In this document: positions 20,762 to 31,506 of the stretch, piece after piece
Position numbering within the stretch: position 1 is the first letter of the stretch
Layout: every line of letters begins with the position of its first letter
Source of the DNA: Roseibacillus sp.
GTDB lineage: Bacteria; Verrucomicrobiota; Verrucomicrobiia; Verrucomicrobiales; Akkermansiaceae
Direction of reading: 5' to 3'
NCBI GenBank assembly: GCA_965242925.1
Contig: CBDEUM010000013.1
Span: 96,001-160,000 of the forward strand
DNA: 64,000 nt
Notes under the pieces: generated by a model
Databases searched by the model: none
What the model saw: only the letters and a program-made list of their open reading frames with translations
Told to the model about the DNA's origin: nothing
Made by a program: the position numbers and the translations under genes

Positions 20762-22193
20762 CTACGGCCCCGCTGCCGCCTTCCCAAAGAGGGTAAAGCC
20801 GGTGGAATCCTCGATTTTCACCTCGAAAATCTCCCCTGTCATGCGCTCGCGGTCGCCATCGAAAATGACGATCTTGTTTTGGGTGGTGCGCCCGCTCAGG
20901 CGCTCCTTGTTGGTCTTGCTGGGACCCGAGCAGAGGATCTCCTGGCGCGTGCCGATAAGGGCCGCATTCTTGGGGACCGCGATCTCACTCTGGATACGCA
21001 GCAGTTCCTGGTTCCGCTCTTCCTTCAACCGCTCCGGGAGTTGCCCGTCCATCTCAGCCGCAGGCGTGTTCTTCCGCTTGGAGTAACGGAAGATGAAAGC
21101 TGTTGTCGAACTGCAGGCGTTTCATGCAGTCGACCGTAGCCTGGAAGTCCTCTTCCGTTTCGGTCGGGAACCCGACGATAACATCGGTGGTGATTGCCAT
21201 GTTGGAGCGCACCGCCTTCATCTTCTCGCAGATCTCGATGAATTGCTCATTCCTGTAGGGGCGCCGCATCGCCCTGAGGATGCGATCGCTCCCGCTCTGC
21301 ATGGGAAAGTGAATATGCGAACAAAGCTTGGGAAGATAAGTGAAGGCCGCCACCAGATCGTCACGATAGCCGATGGGATGAGGCGAAGTGAAACGAATGC
21401 GTTTGATCCCCTCCACCTCATGAACTGCCTCGAGAAGCTGCACGAAGGGTGACTTGCCCTCGACTTTCCCGAATTCGGTACGCCCGTAGAGGTTCACGAT
21501 CTGCCCCAGGAGAGTCACTTCCTTGGTGCCCTGCTCCGCCAACTGTCTCACCTCCTCCACCACATCCGCAATGGGGCGCCCGCGCTCCTGCCCCCTCGTG
21601 TCGGGCACGATGCAGAAGCTGCAGCGCATGTTGCATCCCTGCATGATGGACACGAAGGCCGAGGGCTTCTTCCCTGCCGCCACATGATCCCGAATGGTGT
21701 TCTGGCTCCCCTCCTCCGCACCGGTATCCACCAGCTTCCCATTCCTGGTTCCTCCGCCCGGGATCCAGATTCCCTCCTCCTCGACGGTATGCCCCTCCAG
21801 GGACATCGAGGGATCATCCATCCTCTCCTCCATCCGTTTGCGCAGGATGTCATCCACGTAGCCAAAGACCCGGTGGTACTTTTGCGTCCCCACTACCAGG
21901 TCGAGATGGGGGACGCGCTCGAAGAGTTCCTCTCCCCGGCTCTGCGCCATGCAACCCATGAAACCGTAAACCACATGGGCCCGCTTCTCACGGTGCTTAC
22001 CCATCATTCCCATCTTGCCCAGGGCCTTCTGCTCAGCCTGGTCGCGCACCGAGCAGGTGTTGACCAGGATGGCATCGGCATCCTCTTCCGCACGGGTGAG
22101 GGTATAGCCTCCCTCCACGAACATCCGAGCAACCTGCTCGGAATCACGCTCGTTCATCTGTCATCCGTAGGTCTTGACGAATACTTTGGGCAC
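20762..22193 (-). CDS. miaB: tRNA i6A37 methylthiotransferase MiaB; in-frame TGA at codon 11 (candidate Sec) and a 1-nt frameshift near 21097
   Basis: GTG-PKVFVKTYG-TGA-QMNERDSE, NTCSVR, GCMAQ, radical SAM CNMRCSFC, RFTSPHP, TTDVIVGFP. The TRAM domain (GRTTQNKIV) is in the shifted frame 20762-21052. Confidence 0.93.
22117..22160 (-). promoter_or_regulatory. putative bacterial SECIS element of miaB
   Basis: After TGA (22163-22161): ATGAAC...TCCGAGCA-GGT-TGCTCGGA-T-GTTCGT, a perfect 8-bp upper stem plus a lower stem. Confidence 0.65.
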
Positions 22194-22352
22194 AACTCTC
22201 CCCGTGCATGCTGACGACGGGGCGGAACCCTTAGCGTCTCTGCCGCAAAAGATCAACCTTCGGCTTCCCTCGGCACCGATTGAAGCCGGAGCCGCAATCC
22301 ATGGCATAAGGAGCTCTTTTTCGGCCCTCCCTCGCCCCGGGTTTCTGCTACA

Positions 22353-23249
22353 GTGGCCGTGTTGGCTCCGCAAATCGACATTTTCATCCTCTACCTCGCC
22401 ACCGAGCGTGGGCTTTCGGATGCTTACCAGCTTTCCGTGCGACGCACCCTGGAGACACTCGCCGACTGGGCCCAGAAGCAGAAATTCGCCACCTGGCAGG
22501 ATCTTGGCATCGATTCTCTCAGGGAATTCCTCGCCCAACTGAAGAAGAAGGGCCTGGAGGCCTCCTCCCTCCGCATCGCAGTGGTTCATATCAAGATCTT
22601 CTTCCGCTTCCTTGCCGGCCGCAGCCTCATCGAGGACGATCCCGCCGAGCCTCTCCTTTCCCCCAGGACTGGAAGTCACCTGCCTGAGACACTTCACGAA
22701 TCCCAGATCGTAAGACTGCTGGAATCCATCGACCCCTCCAGGGCGCTCGGTCGCCGCGACCTCGCCATTTTGGAACTCTTCTACTCCTCCGGCCTGCGCC
22801 TCGCCGAAATCTGCTCCGCCCGATTGGAGACGCTGGACCTCGAGGATGGCTTCCTCAGAGTCACCGGCAAGGGCAACAAGACCCGCATCGTTCCGGTGGG
22901 TGGGCGGGCCCGTTCCGCCCTGGAAAGCTATCTGGCCAACGAGCGCCCCAAGCTTGTCAAGCGCCACACTTCCTCCGAGATCTTCCTCTCCGTGCGCGGC
23001 GGACCACTCGGTCCCGATCGTGTCCGGAAAATTGTGAAGGAACGCGCCCACCAGGCCGGGATCAAACAGAACATCTACCCGCACCTCCTGCGCCACTCCT
23101 TCGCCACCCACCTCCTCCAGAACGGAGCCGACCTGCGGGTGATCCAGGAACTGCTCGGGCACGCCGATATTGCCACCACTCAGATTTATACCCACGTCGA
23201 CGACCAGCTCCTGAGGAAGGTTCACCGCCAATTTCATCCCCGGGCGTGA
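22353..23249 (+). CDS. xerD: chromosomal tyrosine recombinase XerD/XerC type
   Basis: RDLAILELFYSSGLRLAE, GKGNKTRIVP, HLLRHSFATHLL, LLGHADIATTQIYTHV, ends HPRA. XerD versus XerC not resolved. Confidence 0.85.
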   Translation: MAVLAPQIDIFILYLATERGLSDAYQLSVRRTLETLADWAQKQKFATWQDLGIDSLREFLAQLKKKGLEASSLRIAVVHIKIFFRFLAGRSLIEDDPAEPLLSPRTGSHLPETLHESQIVRLLESIDPSRALGRRDLAILELFYSSGLRLAEICSARLETLDLEDGFLRVTGKGNKTRIVPVGGRARSALESYLANERPKLVKRHTSSEIFLSVRGGPLGPDRVRKIVKERAHQAGIKQNIYPHLLRHSFATHLLQNGADLRVIQELLGHADIATTQIYTHVDDQLLRKVHRQFHPRA

Positions 23250-23599
23250 CAGGCCTTTAGCCAGTGCCGGTGGAAACCATCATGGCTGCTCCTTCGTTCC
23301 CCTCGGGCCCTTCTTCCTCCTCGTCCTGCCTTGATCTACAACTCATGGCCGTAGCGGAACACGAACGCAGGGGGAGGGCGAAAGAGATCGCTCCGCTTCA
23401 CCGGTTGTCTGCCTTCCCTCCCGGGCCCTCCACCAGGTTACTGATCCTCCTCCACGAAAGAACCCTGATTGTGTATTCCCAAAGCCTGACGGTGGCCCGT
23501 TCCGTATAAGCCAAAATGGGTATAACTGGCGCCAATTGACCTCCGCGGCCGCTTGCACGGTCACGTGAGAAGATTAGAATAAAATCTCTCCACTTCGCT

Positions 23600-26500
23600 T
23601 TGGAGATTCACCCCATGACCTCCAACCCCCACCGGCCGCTCCTTACCCGGGCAGCGGCACCTCTCTCCCGCCCCCCCGCATGGACCGGTTGGCTCCTGGC
23701 CCTCGTCATGATCTCCCTTCCGGCCGCGGGACAGCTCGTCATTAACGAGATTGTCGCCAACAACAAGAACACGATCGATGATGTGGATGGCGAATCGTCA
23801 GACTGGATCGAGATCCTCAACACCGGATCCCAGCTTAATCTCGGTGGCTACAGCCTGACCGACGACCCGTCCGTGCCCGGGAAGTGGAGCTTCCCGGGAG
23901 GCCAGTTCCTCGGTCCCAACTCCTATCTCGTTGTCTTCGCCTCCGGCAAGGACCGCGCCGTCCTGGGCCAGCAGTTGCACACCAATTTCTCCCTCGAATC
24001 CGACGGCGAGTATCTCGCCCTGTGCGATCCCGGCGGAACCGTGATTCACGAGTTTGCACCGTCCTTCCCCAGCCTCAAACGCGATATCGGGTACGGGATC
24101 GGCAACGACGGAACCCTCGGATATCTCTTCCCTGCCACTCCCAATAGAGCCAATGGAAACCATCTCACTGGATTCGTGGCGGACACGGTCTTCTCTCACC
24201 AGCGCGGGTTCTACGACGATCCCATCGAGGTCATCATCAGCTCCACCACCCCGGGCGTCAGCATCCGTTACACCACGAACGGACGGGAGCCAACCCCCAG
24301 GCATGGACAGATCTATACCCGTCCCGTCACTATCAACTCCACCACCGTCCTGCGCGCGGTGGCCTACAGGCCGGACATGGTTCCCACCAACGTGGACGCC
24401 AAGAGTTACCTCTACAGCCAGGACATTATTGAGCAGAGTGACATGATCGGTTCAGTGGTGAACTCCATAACCTATCGCAACGAGATTCAATCTGCTCTCA
24501 AGGAGATTCCCGTCGTTTCGCTTTCCTTCAATCCGACTGACCTGTTCAGTGCCAGCGGGATCCATAATCTCCCCAATCTCAGCGGCAGCACGAGCGAGCG
24601 CGACGCACACTTCGAGTTCTTTGATCCCTCCAACCCTGACGCCTCGACTCAGGAGCCGGCTGGAATCCGCATCCATGGCGGAAACGCCCGGCGGCACCCC
24701 AAGAAAAACTTCCGGCTCTATTTCCGCTCCGACTACGGCAAGACCCGCCTCGATCACAATCTCTTCCCTGAATCTCCGGTCGACAGCTTCAAGAGCATCC
24801 TTTTGCGTGGTGGGGGCCACGACGCGTGGACCTACCGTGACGACTGGGACAATGCCAGTTTCATCCGGAACGAATTTCTCCACCGCCTGCAGCAGGACAT
24901 GGGGCAGCCTTCCCCCTATGGCCGCATGGTAAGCCTTTTCCTCAACGGCGACTACTGGGGAGTCTACGAGTTGCAGGAATTTCCCCATGAACACTTCAAT
25001 GCCGCCCACCATGGTGGAGACCCGGAAGACTGGGACGTCATCAAGCACGGTGCCGAGGTGGAAGCCGGTGATCTGATCGCCTGGAACGAGTTGATCAACA
25101 TGGCCGAGAACGGTATCGAGTCAGATTCCGACTATGCCGCCATCCAACGGTTCATCGACATCGACAATTTCGCCGATGCGATGATCCACCGCATCTGGTC
25201 CAGCGACGAAGACTGGCTGGCACCTGCCACCCGTAACGGCCAGCCCATCTCCACCTTTTCAGACGACAAGAACTGGTACGTCGCGCGCAGGAGCCGGAAC
25301 GGCGAGGAACCCTTTATCTTCTACAGTTGGGACGCTGAAATGTCGATGGGCATCCCCTTCTCACGCAACGAGGCCACCGGTGGCACCAATCCGCCGAGCT
25401 GGGAGAATGACTTCACCCAGGTGGACAATCCGGATTCGCCCGGCATCATCTACGATGCCCTCCGCCGGCATCCCGAGTTTCAACTCCACTTTGCCGACCG
25501 TCTGCACAAACACATGTTCAACAAGGGGGCTCTGTCCCTGCGACACCTGCAGGGCCTCTGGGATCGCCTGGTAGATACCGTTCACTCCCCCATTGTGGGC
25601 GAATCAGCACGCTGGGGACTCGATAGCTGGACCGGCGCCACCCGACGCTCTCCCTATACCAGGAATACGCAGTGGATCCCCGCAGTCAACTGGGTGCGCT
25701 CCCGGTTTCTCGTCAACCGTAGCACCACCGTCCTCGCTCAATTTAAGGCAGTGGATCTCTATCCCGATGTAGTGGCTCCCAGGCCTTCTCTTCAGGACAC
25801 TCTTTTCCCCTCACCGGTCAACCTTACCCTCACGACCACCTCCCCCGGGTCCAACATCTACCTCACAACGGACGGAGCGGACCCACGGCTCCCGAGCACG
25901 CAGGGGATTGTCTCCTTAGTGACGAGCGACCACCCGGTACAGGCCCATGTGCCCACTCAGGCCAGCAATGCGGAGATCGGAGAGAGCTGGCTCCAGGTCG
26001 CCGACCCCTCCAACATCGACGACTGGGTGACCGGTCCCAACGGAGTCGGTTTCGAGCGGTTCCCCGCCAGCAATCCCAGCTACGACGAACTCATCCAGAC
26101 GGAGCTCACCGACATGTATGGCCTCAACCCGTCCGCCTATATCCGCTACAGGTTCACCATTCCCGACCAGGCCACGATTGACTCCCTCAGCTCGCTCATC
26201 CTGCGCATCCGTTATGACGATGGCTTCGTGGCCTATCTGAATGGCGTCCAGATCGAGTCCCGTAACGTCGGCAATGCTCTCTGGAATTCTGCTGCTTCCA
26301 CAAGTCACCGCGACACCGATGCGTTCAACTACGCGGCATTCGATCGGTCCAGCGATATTCAGTTCCTGCAACCCGGGGAAAATATCCTCGCCATTCACGG
26401 GTTCAATCGCACCTCCGGCAGCAGCGACTTCCTGATCCAGGCCGTACTGGAAGGCGACACAGGCGAACCCGGCGGCACGGTGGCACCCTCTGCCCGGATC

Positions 26501-27547
26501 TACGACGGGGCCATGTCCCTGGACCAGACCACGCGACTCAAGGCCCGTACCCGCCGCGCCGACGGAACCTGGTCGGCCCTTCTCGATATCCTCTACCGGA
26601 TCGGCACCCCGGCCTCCTTCGACAATCTCAGGATCACGGAGATCCACTACCATCCCACCGATCCTGTCACCGAGGCCGAACTGGCTCTTTCTGATTCCGA
26701 CAACGATTTCGAGTTTCTTGAACTGCAGAACGTGAGCGATGGCGACATCGATCTCAGCCTCTGCAGGTTCGACCAGGGAATCGACTTCCAGTTTCAGCCC
26801 GGAACCAATCTTCCAGCAGGTCAGAGGGCACTTCTCGTAAACAACCGGGAAGCCTTCCTCTCCCGTTACGGCCCATCGGTGGAACCTGCTATTTTCGGCG
26901 AATTTGGCAGCAACACCAATCTCTCGAACAAAGGGGAACGCCTCGCCCTGGAGGACGCTCTGGGGGAAAAGATTTTCAGCTTCCCCTACGACGACAAGGC
27001 ACCCTGGCCGATACCGCCCGACGGCGAAGGGCCCAGCCTGGTTCTCGTCGATCCTCTCGGCACCCCGGAGGAGGAATTGGATGAGGGATCCCGCTGGCGA
27101 ACATCCCACCTCGACCACGGCGCACCCGATCTCGACGACGACTGGTCCTACCAGCTCTGGATCCGCGCGTTCTACGGTCCGCTCGCAGCCAGCGATCCCC
27201 TTCTCACTGATCCCCATCTTGTTCCCGGTCCGGGAGGACTCAGCAACTTCATGCTTTACGCCCAGGGCTACGACCTTGGTGCCACTCCAGCCCACCAGTT
27301 GAGCATTGTGGCGGTGGATGACCTCAATGGCTCCGACTACCTGACCCTTACCTATCAGCTGCGGGCCGATCTCGCAGGTGCAACCGTGACGGTCGAGGTG
27401 AGTGAAGACCTCCAGACCTGGAGCCCGGACGTCGCGCTGATCTCAAAGGAGGAAAATGGTGATGGCACCAACACCATCACCGTCCGGGATGCCCAGCCTG
27501 TCAAAGCCGGGAGGGACCGCTACATCCGAGTGCGCATCGGAGAGTAG
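23600..27547 (+). CDS. secreted lamin-tail-domain / CotH-kinase-like / FN3-associated protein
   Basis: INEIVANN...DWIEILN and ITEIHYHP...FEFLEL (LTD); IRYTTNGREP; GGNARRHPKKNFRLYFR and FYSWDAEMS (CotH-like). Confidence 0.85.
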   Translation: MEIHPMTSNPHRPLLTRAAAPLSRPPAWTGWLLALVMISLPAAGQLVINEIVANNKNTIDDVDGESSDWIEILNTGSQLNLGGYSLTDDPSVPGKWSFPGGQFLGPNSYLVVFASGKDRAVLGQQLHTNFSLESDGEYLALCDPGGTVIHEFAPSFPSLKRDIGYGIGNDGTLGYLFPATPNRANGNHLTGFVADTVFSHQRGFYDDPIEVIISSTTPGVSIRYTTNGREPTPRHGQIYTRPVTINSTTVLRAVAYRPDMVPTNVDAKSYLYSQDIIEQSDMIGSVVNSITYRNEIQSALKEIPVVSLSFNPTDLFSASGIHNLPNLSGSTSERDAHFEFFDPSNPDASTQEPAGIRIHGGNARRHPKKNFRLYFRSDYGKTRLDHNLFPESPVDSFKSILLRGGGHDAWTYRDDWDNASFIRNEFLHRLQQDMGQPSPYGRMVSLFLNGDYWGVYELQEFPHEHFNAAHHGGDPEDWDVIKHGAEVEAGDLIAWNELINMAENGIESDSDYAAIQRFIDIDNFADAMIHRIWSSDEDWLAPATRNGQPISTFSDDKNWYVARRSRNGEEPFIFYSWDAEMSMGIPFSRNEATGGTNPPSWENDFTQVDNPDSPGIIYDALRRHPEFQLHFADRLHKHMFNKGALSLRHLQGLWDRLVDTVHSPIVGESARWGLDSWTGATRRSPYTRNTQWIPAVNWVRSRFLVNRSTTVLAQFKAVDLYPDVVAPRPSLQDTLFPSPVNLTLTTTSPGSNIYLTTDGADPRLPSTQGIVSLVTSDHPVQAHVPTQASNAEIGESWLQVADPSNIDDWVTGPNGVGFERFPASNPSYDELIQTELTDMYGLNPSAYIRYRFTIPDQATIDSLSSLILRIRYDDGFVAYLNGVQIESRNVGNALWNSAASTSHRDTDAFNYAAFDRSSDIQFLQPGENILAIHGFNRTSGSSDFLIQAVLEGDTGEPGGTVAPSARIYDGAMSLDQTTRLKARTRRADGTWSALLDILYRIGTPASFDNLRITEIHYHPTDPVTEAELALSDSDNDFEFLELQNVSDGDIDLSLCRFDQGIDFQFQPGTNLPAGQRALLVNNREAFLSRYGPSVEPAIFGEFGSNTNLSNKGERLALEDALGEKIFSFPYDDKAPWPIPPDGEGPSLVLVDPLGTPEEELDEGSRWRTSHLDHGAPDLDDDWSYQLWIRAFYGPLAASDPLLTDPHLVPGPGGLSNFMLYAQGYDLGATPAHQLSIVAVDDLNGSDYLTLTYQLRADLAGATVTVEVSEDLQTWSPDVALISKEENGDGTNTITVRDAQPVKAGRDRYIRVRIGE

Positions 27548-27638
27548 GCGCAGGAATTGTGACCCCTGCCGCACCGAATGACTGTCACCGGTCAAAACCC
27601 GTTGCCACTGCCTGTCGGGGCGGTATGCTGAGGGAGGG

Positions 27639-28586
27639 ATGAGCGAAACACCGGCGGTCCAGGTCAGCAGCCTCGTGAAGGACTTCCGGGGGTCCTTCGG
27701 CCGCGGGATGATCCGAGCCGTGGACGATGTCTCCCTTCAAATCGCCCCTGGCGAGGTTTACGGGCTCATCGGTCCCAACGGTTCGGGGAAGTCGACAACC
27801 ATGAAGGCTCTCCTTGGCCTGGTGACCCCTACCTCCGGCACCTGCGCCATCTTTGGGCGGGACTCTTCCAAGGTGGACTCGCGTCAGGAGGTCGGCTTTC
27901 TGCCCGAGAACCCCTACTTCTATAAACACCTCAACGGTGAAGAGACCATCCGATTCTACGGCAAGCTCTGCGGCATGCGGGGAAGATCCCTCCGGGAGCG
28001 CACCGAGGAACTCCTTGAACTTGTCGACCTGCAGGATGCCCGCAAGCGGCGCCTGGGGGCCTACTCCAAGGGCATGCTCCAGCGCATCGGCCTGGCCCAG
28101 GCCCTGGTGCAGGATCCGCGCCTTCTCATTCTCGACGAACCGACCGCCGGGGTCGATCCCATCGGTTCGCGCCAGATCCGCGACCTCATCTTCAATCTCA
28201 AGGAACGCGGCTTCACCGTCTTCCTCTGCTCCCATCTCCTCGAGCAGGTGCAGGAGGTGTGCGACCGAGTGGGAATCATTCACAAAGGGACCCTCGTGAA
28301 GGAAGGTCGTCTGGAAGAACTCATTTCCATCGAGGACCAGACCGAGATCATCCTGCGCAACGCCACCCCGGATCTCCTTCACAGGATCCACGAACTGGCC
28401 GATCAGGAAGAAGGCGTCGACCTTGTCCGCAGCGGCAACCCCCGCACCACCCTGGAGCGACTGTTCCTCCGCGAAACGGTTCAGCGGGACGCAAAGGCGG
28501 ACCCGGGGAGCGGAACGGGACAGGGAAGTCCGGCGGACGGAGGACCGGACGGATCCAACAGCGACACCGAAAAAGAATCCCCATGA
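27639..28586 (+). CDS. ABC transporter ATP-binding protein
   Basis: [29 protein letters not shown]. Confidence 0.95.
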   Translation: MSETPAVQVSSLVKDFRGSFGRGMIRAVDDVSLQIAPGEVYGLIGPNGSGKSTTMKALLGLVTPTSGTCAIFGRDSSKVDSRQEVGFLPENPYFYKHLNGEETIRFYGKLCGMRGRSLRERTEELLELVDLQDARKRRLGAYSKGMLQRIGLAQALVQDPRLLILDEPTAGVDPIGSRQIRDLIFNLKERGFTVFLCSHLLEQVQEVCDRVGIIHKGTLVKEGRLEELISIEDQTEIILRNATPDLLHRIHELADQEEGVDLVRSGNPRTTLERLFLRETVQRDAKADPGSGTGQGSPADGGPDGSNSDTEKESP

Positions 28587-29518
28587 GTCGCCACCCGCAC
28601 TCCACGCCCCTCTTCTCCTGCAGCCGCATCTGGATCATCGCGGGCAACACCTTCACGCATCTCATGCGCATGAAGGTCTTCTATTTCCTGCTCGTCTTCG
28701 TGTTGATCTGGCTCGGGTTGAATGTCTTCAAACTTCCCCACACCGCCGGACCGGAAAGTGTGGGCGGCGAGGAGCTCCGGCTCCTGAAGGCCCCGCTGGT
28801 GGGAACAATGAAGCTCTTCGCCATCATCATCGGGATCGTAGCGACCGCTCTCCTTATCCCGCGTGACGTGGAAGACCGCACGCTCTACACCATCCTGGCC
28901 AAACCAGTCCCGCGGCTCGATTACCTCCTCGGCAAACTCTTTGGCGTTCTCCTCCTCATTCTGGCCGGGTTGACAGTCATGACCCTGCTTCTTGATGCCG
29001 TCCTCTGGTATCGTACTCAGGGGATCCTCACCGAGTTCGACAAGATCGCCAGTATCCTGATCGAACAGCAGCAATGGACAGTGGAAGACAGCCAGGAAGC
29101 CAGGGCGGAACTCCTGAGCCACGGGGTGACGTGGGGCCTGCAGGGAGCCATCCTGGTTATCTTCTTTGAAGCGGCCATCATCGCCGCCCTCGCCCTCCTC
29201 GTCTCCACCTTCTCAACCAGTACACTTTTCACCGTGGTCATTTCCACCCTGTCCTACTTCATCGGGAACTTCATCGCCGACGGTCTGGACCACTGGCAGG
29301 GATCTTCCGGGATCGGCGAAGGGAGCCTCGGAGACCTCTCGGCCAGAGCCCTCTTCGTCGCCTTCCCGGATTACCGCCCCTTCAAGATCGTCGACGAAGT
29401 GCTGGCAGGCCAGATCTTCCCCCCTGACATTCTCGGCAGCCTCGCCCTCTCCACGGGCCTGTATGTGGGCCTTTACGTCGTCCTGAGCTGGTTTATCTTC
29501 ACCTACAAGGAGATCTAG
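28583..29518 (+). CDS. ABC-2 type permease
   Basis: ATGA overlap with the ATPase; IPRDVEDRTLYTILAKPVPRLDYLLGK motif; multiple TM segments. Confidence 0.88.
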   Translation: MSRHPHSTPLFSCSRIWIIAGNTFTHLMRMKVFYFLLVFVLIWLGLNVFKLPHTAGPESVGGEELRLLKAPLVGTMKLFAIIIGIVATALLIPRDVEDRTLYTILAKPVPRLDYLLGKLFGVLLLILAGLTVMTLLLDAVLWYRTQGILTEFDKIASILIEQQQWTVEDSQEARAELLSHGVTWGLQGAILVIFFEAAIIAALALLVSTFSTSTLFTVVISTLSYFIGNFIADGLDHWQGSSGIGEGSLGDLSARALFVAFPDYRPFKIVDEVLAGQIFPPDILGSLALSTGLYVGLYVVLSWFIFTYKEI

Positions 29519-29555
29519 GGAGGTCTGACCTCTGGCTGCAAGAATCGGGAACCCA

Positions 29556-30620
29556 GTGAAACTCTTCTGCAATCTCTCCGTGGTGCTGGCCGCCGTCATC
29601 CTGACCGGCTTCCTCCGGCGACCCTTCGATGACCGTCTGGCGGAAGACATGCAGGAGCGCAATCTTCTTCCTCCCCCCATCGCGTTGGATACCCGCGAGG
29701 AACTGGGACAGACCGCCCTCGCCATCGCCCTGGGAGGTCTGCGTCCGCTGGTGGCTGCGATGACCAATATCCAGGCTCACGGCCACTGGGAGGAACAGGA
29801 CTGGCACGAACTCGAACAGAGCTACAAGACCATCGTGGCGCTCCAGCCACGCATACGCTACTACTGGGATGCAGGCAGCTGGCACCTCTACAGCAATGCC
29901 TACGCCGACTACGCGGACAGACCCGGACTGAGCGAAGGACGCCGCAAGAGAAAGCAGCAGGAATTCTTCGAGAAGGGCATCGCCTTCCTTGAACGTGGAG
30001 TGGAACAGAACCCCCGGGACTGGCGTCTCTGCCACCTGCTCGGGAACGCCCTCAGTGCCAACTGGCGTCCGCAGAACCTCGAGCGCGCGGTGGAATGCTT
30101 CGAGCGGGGTCATACCGAGAGCGGTGCCGCACAACTGCAGCGAAATCACGTTTACTGCCTGTCTCGCATCCCGGAACGCAAGACGGAGGCCTGGGAAGCG
30201 TGCCGCAGAATGTGGGACAAGGAGGGGAACCGCCGTTACAACACACCGCAGACCATCTTTTTCGCTCTGCAATCGTGGGCAGGCGAGACCACCTACAGCA
30301 TGGAGGAAATCCTGGGATCCCGCATGGCAGCGGCACAGAAACTTCCTGACTACTGGTTCCGGCAGGTCGAAGGCTTTCCCATGGACGGGGTGGCTGAGAC
30401 GATTAATCAACTCTGCGAGGAATTCGAGGTCCCCAGTCACCTCCACCCCCTCACTTTTCCTCCCGGGAAGACCTTTGATCACGATCCCTCCACCCGGAAA
30501 CCCTACCCCCTGCACCCCGTGACGGGCGAACCCCGCACGAAAACCTGGCGCAGCATCTGGATGAATCGGCCTCGCGATACCTATCGGACGTATCTGCGGT
30601 CAGTGCAGGCGAAGCGGTAG
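29556..30620 (+). CDS. hypothetical protein with TPR-like helices, operonic with the ABC pair
   Basis: ALGGLRPLVA, LQPRIRYYWDAGSWHLYSNA, KGIAFLERGVEQNP. Confidence 0.75.
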   Translation: MKLFCNLSVVLAAVILTGFLRRPFDDRLAEDMQERNLLPPPIALDTREELGQTALAIALGGLRPLVAAMTNIQAHGHWEEQDWHELEQSYKTIVALQPRIRYYWDAGSWHLYSNAYADYADRPGLSEGRRKRKQQEFFEKGIAFLERGVEQNPRDWRLCHLLGNALSANWRPQNLERAVECFERGHTESGAAQLQRNHVYCLSRIPERKTEAWEACRRMWDKEGNRRYNTPQTIFFALQSWAGETTYSMEEILGSRMAAAQKLPDYWFRQVEGFPMDGVAETINQLCEEFEVPSHLHPLTFPPGKTFDHDPSTRKPYPLHPVTGEPRTKTWRSIWMNRPRDTYRTYLRSVQAKR

Positions 30621-30714
30621 AATTCCACCCGGGGCCTCATCCGGCCCGAACCTTTCACTCGACAGGCTTTCGACCCGTTTCTATTCCTTGCCTCCCGCTG
30701 CGGCGGGAGACGAC

Positions 30715-31437
30715 ATGCGAATCGCTCTCTTTGGGGACATACATGCCAATCTGGAGGCTCTGAATGCCGTTCTGGAGGATGCTGCCAGCCAGGACTGCAC
30801 GGACCGGGTCTGTCTTGGCGATATCGTGGGCTACAATGCCAATCCCGGAGAGTGCCTGGATTTGATCCGGGAGATGGAATGCCCGGTGGTGAAAGGAAAC
30901 CATGACGAGGACGCCAGCGGTGATCACTGCCTCGAAACCATGAATCCGATCGCCGCCACCGCCCTGGAGTGGACCCGTGAACAACTCTCCGACGAGCAGC
31001 GGAAGTGGCTGCGTACCCTGCGCATGGTCCGGCAGGTTTCCGCCTTCACTATGGTGCACTCCACCCTCGATCAACCGCAGGCCTGGAATTACGTCACCAA
31101 CAAGTTCGATGCCATGTCGAACTTCTCCTACCAGTTCACTCACGTCTGCTTCCATGGTCACACCCACGTTCCCCGCGTCTTCGTGAAGGACAAACGCGTT
31201 CGCGAAGTGGTGGCTGAACTCGTCGAGGTGGAGGAAGACTTCAAGTACTTCATCAACGTCGGCTCGGTGGGCCAGCCGCGCGACGGCGATCCACGGGCCT
31301 GCTACGCCATCTACGACGTCCCCAGGAATCTCATTATCTTCCGCCGGGTCGACTACGACCGCAAGACGACCCAGCAGAAGATCCTGGACGCCGGCCTGCC
31401 CCCCAACCTGGCAGAGCGGCTCTCTGATGGGAGATAG
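30715..31437 (+). CDS. metallophosphoesterase (calcineurin-like)
   Basis: GDIHAN, LGDIVGY, GNHD, HGHTH, INVGSVGQPRDGDPRA. Confidence 0.93.
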   Translation: MRIALFGDIHANLEALNAVLEDAASQDCTDRVCLGDIVGYNANPGECLDLIREMECPVVKGNHDEDASGDHCLETMNPIAATALEWTREQLSDEQRKWLRTLRMVRQVSAFTMVHSTLDQPQAWNYVTNKFDAMSNFSYQFTHVCFHGHTHVPRVFVKDKRVREVVAELVEVEEDFKYFINVGSVGQPRDGDPRACYAIYDVPRNLIIFRRVDYDRKTTQQKILDAGLPPNLAERLSDGR

Positions 31438-31506
31438 CAGCGTTCTTACGACCCTCTTGCTGAAGGACACCCCCTGACAGGAATCACCAGTCCCGCATGA
31501 GCGGCG

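Noticed and set aside
22353..23249. Tyrosine recombinase as a prophage or island integrase
   Set aside because: Size and motifs fit housekeeping XerC/D, it is flanked by core genes, and I saw no att repeats or phage genes.
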